From Mycolicibacterium smegmatis (GTDB lineage Bacteria; Actinomycetota; Actinomycetes; Mycobacteriales; Mycobacteriaceae): 32,000 nucleotides of DNA. The translations under genes were made by a program, and so were the position numbers. Under the pieces are notes generated by a model. The model worked only from the letters and a program-made list of their open reading frames with translations. It was not told the origin of the DNA and made no database searches. The stretch's first letter is position 1. Every line of letters starts with the position of its first letter. Location: positions 5,370,001 to 5,402,000 of the forward strand of contig NZ_LN831039.1 of the NCBI RefSeq assembly GCF_001457595.1, given 5' to 3'. Positions 25,261-32,000 of the stretch are shown here, piece after piece.

Positions 25261-26787
25261 TCAGTGCGCGAACAGCAGTTTGACGGCCTGCCGGTCGATG
25301 GCGCCCTTGGCTGTATGCGGCAGTGATTCGACGATGTCGAGGCGCGCGGGCACCTCGTACGGCGCGAGTCCGGTGCGGCACTGCGCCAGGATGTCGTCGG
25401 CCGACACGTGGGCGGCCGCGGGCACCACCGCTGCCCCGACCTGCTCGCCGTAGGTGGCGTCGGGAATCGCGAACACCACGGCCTCGAACACCCCGTCACA
25501 GCCGGTCAGGACACCTTCGACGTGCTCGGGCGAGATCTTCTCGCCGCCGCGGTTGATGATGTTCTTGATCCGGCCGGTGAGCTGCAGGTTGCCGTCGGCG
25601 TCGAGCGCGCCGAGATCTCCTGTGCGGAACCAACCGTCGGTGAAGGCCTGCGCGGTGTTCTCCGGATCGGCGAGGTATCCCCGCACGACGGCCGGCCCGC
25701 TCACCCACACCTCGCCTGTCTCGGCAGGTGTGCACTCGCCGCCGTCGGACCGCACGACCCGAAACCGCGCGGCACCGGATGCGGGGCCCACCGACATACG
25801 GGGATCGTGAGTGCGCACGCGCCTGCTCGCGGCCTGGTGGGTGGTCTCGGTCATGCCGTACGCCTCGAGCATCGGCGCGCCGAACCGCCGCTCGGCCGCC
25901 TCGGCGGTGGCCGGGTCGAGCGGCGCGCTGCAGCTGCGCACGAACCGCAGTGGTGGGTGCTCCTCGTCAGGGCGTTGCAGCAGGATCTGGTGGATTGTCG
26001 GGACGGCGGTGAACCACGTCGCGTCCGCATCGCGCATGTCGGCCCAGAACGTGTGGGCCGAGAAGCGCCCGTGCGCGGGAAGCAGCACCTTCCCGCCGCC
26101 GGCCAGGGTCGACAGCAGCACGGCCACCAGCCCGTGACCGTGGAAGAACGGCATCACGGCGACGGTGGCGTCACCGTCGCCGAGTTCGTAGGCCGCACAG
26201 ATCCCGTGCACCGACGCCGCGATGTTGGCGTGTGTCCACGGCACCATCTTGGCCCGGCCTGTGGTGCCCGACGTGAACAGGATCAACGCGTCGTCGGGTC
26301 CCAGGCCCAGGTCGACGGCCGGCCGCACCGTGGGCTCGACGGTGGCGCCGCGCGTGGGCTCGACGGTGGCCCGGCTCGCGGTGACGCGGACCCGGTGGGT
26401 GCCGAGCGCATGTTCGCACGGTCCGGTGAGCACGGCCCGCGCACCGAGACGTGCCAGCCGGTCGGTCATCTCGGCGTCGGCGAGTGCGGGGTCCAGTGGC
26501 GCGACAACCGCTCCGATGCGCGCGGCCGCGAGCAGCGCGACAACGAATTCCGCGGTGTTGACGTCCACGACCGCGATCACCTCCCCGCGTCGCAGCCCGT
26601 CGGCGGTCAGGCCCGCTGCCACGTCGTCGGCCCATCGGCCGAGCGTCGCGTACGTCACCGCAATCCGCTGCTGGGTCACCACGAGCGCGGGCGCGTCGGG
26701 GCGGGTGCGGACGTGATGATCGAGGACGTCGAACAGTCCCGACAGCAAAGTCGCGGGAGGTGTCGCTGCAGTTCCCATGAACCGCAT
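25261..26787 (-). CDS. AMP-forming acyl-CoA ligase (FadD7-like; candidate oxalate--CoA ligase)
   Basis: Motifs are FTSGTTGRAKMV, ..WFRTGDLG.. and GGEKISP. The product is ~508 aa. It is divergent from oxc, as fadD7 and oxcA are in M. tuberculosis by my recollection. Confidence 0.88.
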   Translation of the reverse strand: MRFMGTAATPPATLLSGLFDVLDHHVRTRPDAPALVVTQQRIAVTYATLGRWADDVAAGLTADGLRRGEVIAVVDVNTAEFVVALLAAARIGAVVAPLDPALADAEMTDRLARLGARAVLTGPCEHALGTHRVRVTASRATVEPTRGATVEPTVRPAVDLGLGPDDALILFTSGTTGRAKMVPWTHANIAASVHGICAAYELGDGDATVAVMPFFHGHGLVAVLLSTLAGGGKVLLPAHGRFSAHTFWADMRDADATWFTAVPTIHQILLQRPDEEHPPLRFVRSCSAPLDPATAEAAERRFGAPMLEAYGMTETTHQAASRRVRTHDPRMSVGPASGAARFRVVRSDGGECTPAETGEVWVSGPAVVRGYLADPENTAQAFTDGWFRTGDLGALDADGNLQLTGRIKNIINRGGEKISPEHVEGVLTGCDGVFEAVVFAIPDATYGEQVGAAVVPAAAHVSADDILAQCRTGLAPYEVPARLDIVESLPHTAKGAIDRQAVKLLFAH

Positions 26788-26815
26788 GCTATGGCCGCGA
26801 TATCGCCCTCAGCAG

Positions 26816-26848
26816 CCCCCTGACCTGGTTTTTCCAGCTGGCAGGGGG
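26816..26848. promoter_or_regulatory. Composite inverted repeat in the ligase/oxc divergent promoter
   Basis: CCCCCTG..CTGG-ttttt-CCAG..CAGGGGG. A 7-bp outer stem and a 4-bp inner stem surround a T5 loop. Confidence 0.3.
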
Positions 26849-26929
26849 GTCATGGTGCCGAAGTCCGGACGTCGCGTTGGACGCCAGCGGTGAAGACGTG
26901 GGCGCCCGCACGGACAAGCATGTTGTCCT

Positions 26930-28660
26930 ATGAACACCGCACCGCTGATGACCGAGTCGGTCCCGGGGACCTCCCCCGTCACCGACGGCGCCCACGTGCT
27001 GGTCGATGCGCTCAAGCTCAACGGGGTCGAGACACTTTACGGCGTGGTCGGCATCCCGATCACCGACGTGGCGCGGGTGGCACAGGCACAAGGCCTGCGC
27101 TACATCGGCTTCCGGCACGAGAGCGACGCCGGGCATGCCGCCGCCGCAGCGGGGTTCCTGACGAAGAAGCCGGGTTTCTGCCTCACGGTCTCCGCGCCCG
27201 GGTTCCTCAACGGCCTGGTCGCGTTGGCCAATGCCACCACGAATTGCTTTCCTATGGTGCAGATCTCCGGGTCCAGCGACCGACACATCGTCGACCTGCA
27301 GCGCGGTGACTACGAGGAGATGGATCAGCTCGCCGCAGCGAAACCTTTCGCCAAGGCGGCCTTTCGCGTCAACCGCGCCGCCGACATCGGTCTGGCGGTC
27401 GCCAGGGCCATCCGCACCGCGTCGTCCGGCCGGCCCGGCGGCGTGTACCTCGACATCCCGGCCGCGGTCCTGGGTGAGGTGATCGACGCCGGTGCCGCAG
27501 CAGCGTCGCTGCGCACCGTCGTCGACGCCGCACCCGAGCAGTTGCCGTCGCCAAGGGCCGTCGACCGTGCGGTCGCGCTGCTCGCAGCGGCCCGACGACC
27601 TCTCGTGGTGCTCGGCAAGGGCGCGGCATATGCGCAGGCGGACAAAACGATTCGCAACTTCCTCGAATCGACGGGCCTGCCGTTCCTGCCGATGTCGATG
27701 GCCAAGGGCCTGCTGCCGGACACGCATCCGCAGTCGGTGGCCTCGGCCCGGTCGATGACGCTGCGCGACGCCGACGTGGTCCTGCTGGTCGGTGCCCGCT
27801 TGAATTGGCTTCTGGGGCACGGCGAACCGCCGCAGTTCAGCCGCGACGTCAAGTTCATCCAGGTCGACATCGATCCGGGTGAACTGGACAGCAACGCGCC
27901 GATCGCCGCACCGCTGGTAGGCGACATAGGCTCGGTGATCGAGGCGCTCGCCGAGCGCGCCCAGTTCATCGACGCCCCGGCACCGTGGCGCGAGCAACTG
28001 GCCGAACGCAAGGCCCGCAACGCCGAGTCCATGGCGAAGCGGCTGGCCGCCGACCCGCGGCCCATGCGCTTCCACGGTGCGCTGCGGGCCATCCGTGATG
28101 TGCTGCGCGACCGTCCCGACGTCTACGTCGTCAACGAGGGTGCCAACGCACTCGACCTGGCACGCAACGTGATCGACATGGCGGTGCCGCGGCACCGGCT
28201 CGACAGCGGCACGTGGGGTGTCATGGGCGTCGGCATGGGGTACGCGATCGCGGCCGCGGTCGAGGGCAGTGGACCGGTCGTCGCGATCGAAGGCGACAGC
28301 GCGTTCGGGTTCAGCGCCATGGAGCTCGAGACGATCTGCCGCTACCGCCTGCCCGTGGTGGTCGTCGTGCTCAACAACGGCGGCGTGTACCGCGGCGACG
28401 GGCACAACCCGGCGTCTGACGACCCGTCACCTACCACGCTGATGCCTGCGGCGCGTCACGACCGGCTGATCGAGGCCTTCGGCGGCACAGGTCATCACGT
28501 CACCACACCCGCCGAACTCGGTGCGGCCCTGACCGAGGCGCTGGCCTCCGGCGGGCCGGCCCTGATCGACTGCGTGATCGATCCGGCCGACGGCACCGAG
28601 AGCGGTCACCTGACGCAATTGAACCCGGCGGTCGTGGGCCACCATCCCGCCACCAATTGA
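26930..28660 (+). CDS. oxc: Oxalyl-CoA decarboxylase (ThDP-dependent)
   Basis: Strong resemblance to Oxc/YfdU in GIPITDVAR..FRHESDAGHAAAAAGFLTKKPGFCLTVSAPGFLNG..NCFPMVQISGSSDRHIVDLQRGDYEEMDQ. The ThDP motif is GDSAFGFSAMELETICRYRLPVVVVVLNNGG. Confidence 0.93.
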   Translation: MNTAPLMTESVPGTSPVTDGAHVLVDALKLNGVETLYGVVGIPITDVARVAQAQGLRYIGFRHESDAGHAAAAAGFLTKKPGFCLTVSAPGFLNGLVALANATTNCFPMVQISGSSDRHIVDLQRGDYEEMDQLAAAKPFAKAAFRVNRAADIGLAVARAIRTASSGRPGGVYLDIPAAVLGEVIDAGAAAASLRTVVDAAPEQLPSPRAVDRAVALLAAARRPLVVLGKGAAYAQADKTIRNFLESTGLPFLPMSMAKGLLPDTHPQSVASARSMTLRDADVVLLVGARLNWLLGHGEPPQFSRDVKFIQVDIDPGELDSNAPIAAPLVGDIGSVIEALAERAQFIDAPAPWREQLAERKARNAESMAKRLAADPRPMRFHGALRAIRDVLRDRPDVYVVNEGANALDLARNVIDMAVPRHRLDSGTWGVMGVGMGYAIAAAVEGSGPVVAIEGDSAFGFSAMELETICRYRLPVVVVVLNNGGVYRGDGHNPASDDPSPTTLMPAARHDRLIEAFGGTGHHVTTPAELGAALTEALASGGPALIDCVIDPADGTESGHLTQLNPAVVGHHPATN

Positions 28661-28694
28661 TGTGTCGCATCGAAGATCACAAAGGAGTATTGCC

Positions 28695-29018
28695 ATGCGA
28701 ATCCGGTCTCTCACACCATTTTTGGCGGTCGGCGCCGGCGCGGTCGCGATCGCACTCGCGCCCGTCGCGTCCGCGGCGCCCACGGATGACTCCGTGGTGC
28801 CCAGTTGCACCAGCATCGGACCTGGTACCGAATGTCAGTCACCCGGCAACGTCGAACTCAACGCCTCGATCCCGCCGGACTTCGAATCGCAGTATCCGGC
28901 ATTCGGCTTGTTCGGGCTTGGTCCCGTCGGCGGATTCGATCACGGCGGTCACGGATTCGCCGGTGGTGCACACGGTTTCGGCGGTGGCGGTATGCACGGT
29001 GGTGGTGGGCACCGCTGA
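28695..29018 (+). CDS. Secreted protein B2 with Cys pair and Gly/His-rich tail
   Basis: AAGGAG lies 7 nt before ATG 28695, 34 bp after the oxc stop. The signal peptide is MRIRSLTPFLAVGAGAVAIALAPVASA|A. The mature product is ..SCTSIGPGTECQSPGNVELN..GGFDHGGHGFAGGAHGFGGGGMHGGGGHR. Confidence 0.65.
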   Translation: MRIRSLTPFLAVGAGAVAIALAPVASAAPTDDSVVPSCTSIGPGTECQSPGNVELNASIPPDFESQYPAFGLFGLGPVGGFDHGGHGFAGGAHGFGGGGMHGGGGHR

Positions 29019-29036
29019 CTGCTCATCTCGAGCAGT
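29018..29036. terminator. Hairpin across the 4-bp gap between convergent B2 and A2
   Basis: ACTGCTC-atctc-GAGCAGT has a 7-bp stem. It overlaps the last base of the B2 TGA (29016-29018) and contains the A2 TCA (29023-29025). Confidence 0.35.
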
Positions 29037-29337
29037 TCAGTGACACCGTGATGGAGCGACGCGTCACCACCGGGATGTAGTCGATGTCCTTCTTTCCGTG
29101 CTTGCCGAACCGCTCGACACGGACGAGTTGGGTCTGTGTCTGTGGGTTGCGCACGCTGGTGACGATGCATTCTCCCAGCGGCGCGCTTCCCACGCGGTCG
29201 ATGTTCACGTAATAGCCCTCGGCTTCGAGTCGGCCGATCGTGTCGATCGCCGTTTCGGCCGAAGCCGCCCCGGCAGGTGTCACGATGGCCGCCAGAGCCG
29301 CCCCCGACGCGGCCAACATGACGAGCGATGTTCGCAT
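29023..29337 (-). CDS. Small Sec-exported protein A2 (paralogue of A1)
   Basis: GGAAGAAAGG precedes ATG 29337. The signal peptide is MRTSLVMLAASGAALAAIVTPAGAASA|E. The core and both Cys are conserved with A1. Confidence 0.75.
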   Translation of the reverse strand: MRTSLVMLAASGAALAAIVTPAGAASAETAIDTIGRLEAEGYYVNIDRVGSAPLGECIVTSVRNPQTQTQLVRVERFGKHGKKDIDYIPVVTRRSITVSLNCSR

Positions 29338-29426
29338 GGCTGCGCCTTTCTTCCGCTGTATCTGTCGGTGATCGGTGCACCGTCGTTACGCATGACACGG
29401 CCCTCCGGGCAGAACGGTTCAACCGC

Positions 29427-30155
29427 TCACACAACACCGCCGTTGGCGTAGATCACCTGCCCGTTGACCCACCGTGCCGGGCCGGCGAGGAACGCGACGA
29501 TCTCGGCGATGTCGGCGGGTTCGCCGAGGCGTTCCAGCGGCGGCGCGGCCTTGGCGCGGTCGATGACCTCCTGAGGCTTGCCCTCGAAGTACAGCGGGGT
29601 GGCCGTGGGTCCCGGCGCGACGGCATTGACCGTGACGTCGCGTCCGCGCATCTCCTTGGCGAGGATCAGCGTCATGGCGTCGACGGCGCCCTTGGTGGCG
29701 GCGTAGGCCGTGTAGGTGGGCGCCGCGATCTTGGTGACCGACGTCGAGAAGTTGATGATGGCCCCGCCCGCGCGGACACGGCGCGCGGCCTGCTGGCTGA
29801 CGGCGAACGTACCGCGCACGTTGGTGCGCAACATACGGTCGAGGTCGGCCAGATCGAGTTCGGCGAGTGGCGCGAGCGTCATGATGCCCGCGGTGTTCAC
29901 CACGACGTCGACGCCGCCGAACTCCGATTCCACCTCATCGAAGAGCGCGGCGACCTGCTGCTCGTCGGCCACGTCGGCGGTCACGACCGTCGCGGCCCCG
30001 CCCAGGGCCGTGATCTCGTCGGCGGTCTGCTGTGCACGGTCGCGGTTGCCGGCATAGTGCACGGCCACAGCCATCCCCGCACGTGCCAACCGCACTGCGA
30101 CGTCATGGCCGATACCGCCGGATGCTCCGGTGATGATGGCTACGCGCTGGGTCAT
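29427..30155 (-). CDS. Short-chain dehydrogenase/reductase (SDR)
   Basis: GGAGAA SD precedes ATG 30155, giving MTQRVAIITGASGGIG. The catalytic motif is YAATKGA, and NTAG is present. The track start 30200 lies in the AT-rich operator region. Confidence 0.9.
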   Translation of the reverse strand: MTQRVAIITGASGGIGHDVAVRLARAGMAVAVHYAGNRDRAQQTADEITALGGAATVVTADVADEQQVAALFDEVESEFGGVDVVVNTAGIMTLAPLAELDLADLDRMLRTNVRGTFAVSQQAARRVRAGGAIINFSTSVTKIAAPTYTAYAATKGAVDAMTLILAKEMRGRDVTVNAVAPGPTATPLYFEGKPQEVIDRAKAAPPLERLGEPADIAEIVAFLAGPARWVNGQVIYANGGVV

Positions 30156-30170
30156 GTCGTTCTCCGTCCG

Positions 30171-30193
30171 TATATGTACGATAAGTTCATATA
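30171..30193. promoter_or_regulatory. Imperfect palindrome (candidate TetR operator) between the divergent SDR and TetR genes
   Basis: TATATGTAC-gataa-GTTCATATA has 8 of 9 arm positions complementary. It lies in an AT-rich 80-bp intergenic region. Confidence 0.55.
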
Positions 30194-30235
30194 TGTCCAA
30201 GTAGGTGGGGCCACCAGATATTCCGGAGGTGACGG

Positions 30236-30826
30236 TTGACCACCAACCCGCGTCGCGGCCGCGGCCGCAGGCCCGCGCAGGACGTGCGCCGCGATGTCCT
30301 CGCAGCCGTGGCCGATCTGCTGTTCACGGAGGGCATGGCGGGATTCACCATCGACAAGGTCGCCGCGCGCTCTGGAGTCAGCAAGGTGACGATCTACAAA
30401 TGGTGGCCGTCGAAGGGCGCACTGGCGCTCGACGGATATTTCGCAAAGGTCGAGCCGCGGTTGGCATTTCCCGACACCGGCGACATCGAGGCCGATCTGC
30501 GGTCGCAGTTGCACGCGTTCCTGCGCGTCATCCGCGACACCCCGGCAGGTACTGTGATCGCCGAGCTCATCGGAGGCGCCCAGACCGATCCGGAGCTCAA
30601 AGCCGCGTTCATGCAACGGTATTCGGGGCCTCGGCGCAGCTTCGCGGTGGCGGCGATGCGGCGTGCACAAGAGCGTGGTCAGCTTGCCGCGCATGTCGAC
30701 CCGGAAACCGTGATCGACCAGCTGTGGGGCGCGTGCTACAACCGCCTGCTGGTTCCCGATCAGCCGTTGAGCGAACAGTTCGTGGACGCCTTGCTGGACA
30801 ACCTGTTCCGCGGCATCGGGGCCTGA
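30236..30826 (+). CDS. TetR family transcriptional regulator
   Basis: TTG start lies 5-6 nt after GGAGG. The HTH is FTIDKVAARSGVSKVTIYKWWPSKGAL. The product is 196 aa. Confidence 0.88.
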   Translation: MTTNPRRGRGRRPAQDVRRDVLAAVADLLFTEGMAGFTIDKVAARSGVSKVTIYKWWPSKGALALDGYFAKVEPRLAFPDTGDIEADLRSQLHAFLRVIRDTPAGTVIAELIGGAQTDPELKAAFMQRYSGPRRSFAVAAMRRAQERGQLAAHVDPETVIDQLWGACYNRLLVPDQPLSEQFVDALLDNLFRGIGA

Positions 30827-30849
30827 GCACAGCATCGGCAGACGCGGAA

Positions 30850-30883
30850 GAGGCCCGGCCGTGAGCGGGTACGGCCGGGCCTC
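30850..30883. terminator. Bidirectional terminator hairpin between convergent TetR and dctA
   Basis: Perfect 12-bp stem GAGGCCCGGCCG / CGGCCGGGCCTC with a 10-nt loop. An A-T pair can extend the stem to 13 bp. Confidence 0.65.
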
Positions 30884-30927
30884 TGGCCCATCGGGCGCGA
30901 GCGCGGAAGGGGGTAGCTCGGCGCCGG

Positions 30928-32000
30928 TCAGGCCGGTGTGGCAGCCGGCTCCTTCTCCGGCGCCGCAGTTTGGTGATCGTCGACCATGGTCAGTTCGTCG
31001 AACGGGTCGTCGCCGCCGAGCACGGCGTCGACCTTGTCCTTGTCGATGGTGTGGGTCCACGACCCGACCAGGATGGTCGCCACGGCGTTGCCCGAGAAGT
31101 TGGTCACCGCACGCGCTTCCGACATGAACCGGTCGATGCCCACGATCAGACCGACGCCGTCGAGCAGGTCGGGACGGTGTGCCTGCAGCCCGCCGGCCAG
31201 CGTGGCCAGGCCCGCGCCGGTGACGCCTGCCGCGCCCTTGGACGCGACGATCATGAACACCAGCAGGCCGATCTGCTCGGTCACCGACAGCGGATCACCC
31301 AGCGCGCCCGCGATGAAAAGCGAGGCCATGGTCAGGTAGATCGCGGTGCCGTCGAGGTTGAACGAGTAGCCGGTGGGCACCACGACGCCGACGGTGCTGC
31401 GGTCGACCCCGAGGTGCTCCATCTTCGCGATGAGTCGGGGCAGGGCGGACTCCGACGACGACGTCGACACGATCAGCAGGTACTCGCGTGCCAGGTAGCG
31501 CACCAGCTTGAAGATCGACACCCCGGCGACCGCGCGCATCAGCACACCCAGCACACCGAACACGAACACGAAGCACGTGACGTAGAAGCCGAACATCAAC
31601 GCCAGCAACTGGGTCACGGCGGTCCAGCCGGTCTGACCGACGACGTTGGCAATCGCACCGAAGGCGCCGATCGGGGCCAGCCACAGGATCATCGCGAGCA
31701 CCTTGAACACGAGCTTCTGCAGATGGACGATGCCGCGCAGGACCGGCTCGCCCGCGCTGCCCATGGCCTGCAGCGCGAAACCGACCAGCAGCGCCACGAA
31801 CAGCGCCTGCAGCACGCTGCCCGCGGTCAGCGCCGAGAACAGGGTTTCGGGGATGATGCCCTGCACGAAGTCCATCAGGCCGCCGGCCTCGTGGGCGGTC
31901 TCGGCCAGTTCGGCACCCTTGCCCGCGGCGCTCTCGGTCAGGTGCATGCCGGTGCCCGGGTGCAGCACGTTGCCCACCACCAGGCCGATCGCGAGCGCGA
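30928..32000 (-). CDS. dctA: C4-dicarboxylate/cation symporter DctA; N-terminus lies beyond the window end
   Basis: Near-collinear match to E. coli DctA motifs: LAPIGAFGA, SSSESALPR, PTGYSFNLDGT, SKGAAGVTG and GIDRFMSEARA. The frame stays open from 31980 to the window edge (..ALAIGLVVGNV..). Confidence 0.92.
   Translation of the reverse strand, partial: ALAIGLVVGNVLHPGTGMHLTESAAGKGAELAETAHEAGGLMDFVQGIIPETLFSALTAGSVLQALFVALLVGFALQAMGSAGEPVLRGIVHLQKLVFKVLAMILWLAPIGAFGAIANVVGQTGWTAVTQLLALMFGFYVTCFVFVFGVLGVLMRAVAGVSIFKLVRYLAREYLLIVSTSSSESALPRLIAKMEHLGVDRSTVGVVVPTGYSFNLDGTAIYLTMASLFIAGALGDPLSVTEQIGLLVFMIVASKGAAGVTGAGLATLAGGLQAHRPDLLDGVGLIVGIDRFMSEARAVTNFSGNAVATILVGSWTHTIDKDKVDAVLGGDDPFDELTMVDDHQTAAPEKEPAATPA

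Noticed and set aside
25408-28405. Long ORFs 25408-26823 (+, 471 aa) and 26789-28405 (-, 538 aa) opposite the ligase and oxc genes
   Set aside because: Both are antisense to genes with strong family motifs (AMP-binding and ThDP). Both are Arg/Gly/His-rich and have no motifs of their own.
24412-30235. Oxalate/small-protein region considered as a mobile genomic island
   Set aside because: No integrase, transposase, tRNA target or flanking direct repeats are visible. The inverted symmetry exists at the protein level only and is old, with no nucleotide-level inverted repeats that would mark a composite transposon.

Overview
Very GC-rich actinobacterial chromosomal DNA. Gene content and order point to a Mycobacterium/Mycolicibacterium. 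I support 31 protein-coding genes and found no rRNA, tRNA, CRISPR array, transposase or integrase. The left two thirds (1-24.4 kb) is a core lipid and sulfur metabolism block. As far as I recall H37Rv, it is collinear, in inverted orientation, with Rv1078 (pra) through Rv1058 (fadD14). The order is pra, cbs, LipU-like esterase, GDSL lipase, thiolase FadA3, [purT], BI-1 membrane protein, echA9, echA8, Rv1069c-like membrane hydrolase, rhodanese plus cysteine-dioxygenase pair, LpqV-like lipoprotein, [TetR + CocE/NonD hydrolase], two convergent patatin-like phospholipases, [Zn-ADH], DapB-N-like oxidoreductase, [MerR-HTH fused to a MalT-type STAND NTPase, plus a PAS-like ORF], and a FadD14-like ligase. 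Brackets mark apparent lineage-specific inserts. The right third (24.4-32 kb) is different. Divergent genes for an acyl-CoA ligase (FadD7 / oxalate-CoA-ligase-like) and oxalyl-CoA decarboxylase are bracketed in mirror symmetry by two paralogous pairs of tiny Sec-exported proteins from families I do not recognise. One member of each pair is a ~80-aa protein with a conserved Cys pair. The other is a Gly/His/aromatic-rich peptide, one of which ends RPWWRWW. An SDR/TetR divergent pair and a partial dctA follow. The mirror cassette and the MerR-STAND fusion are my best candidates for something undescribed. Many long ORFs in the track are antisense or out-of-frame artefacts of high GC and are rejected. 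Several track starts were trimmed using Shine-Dalgarno (SD) sites, signal peptides, homologue N-termini or -10 geometry. All identities and motif calls were made by eye, with no searches run.
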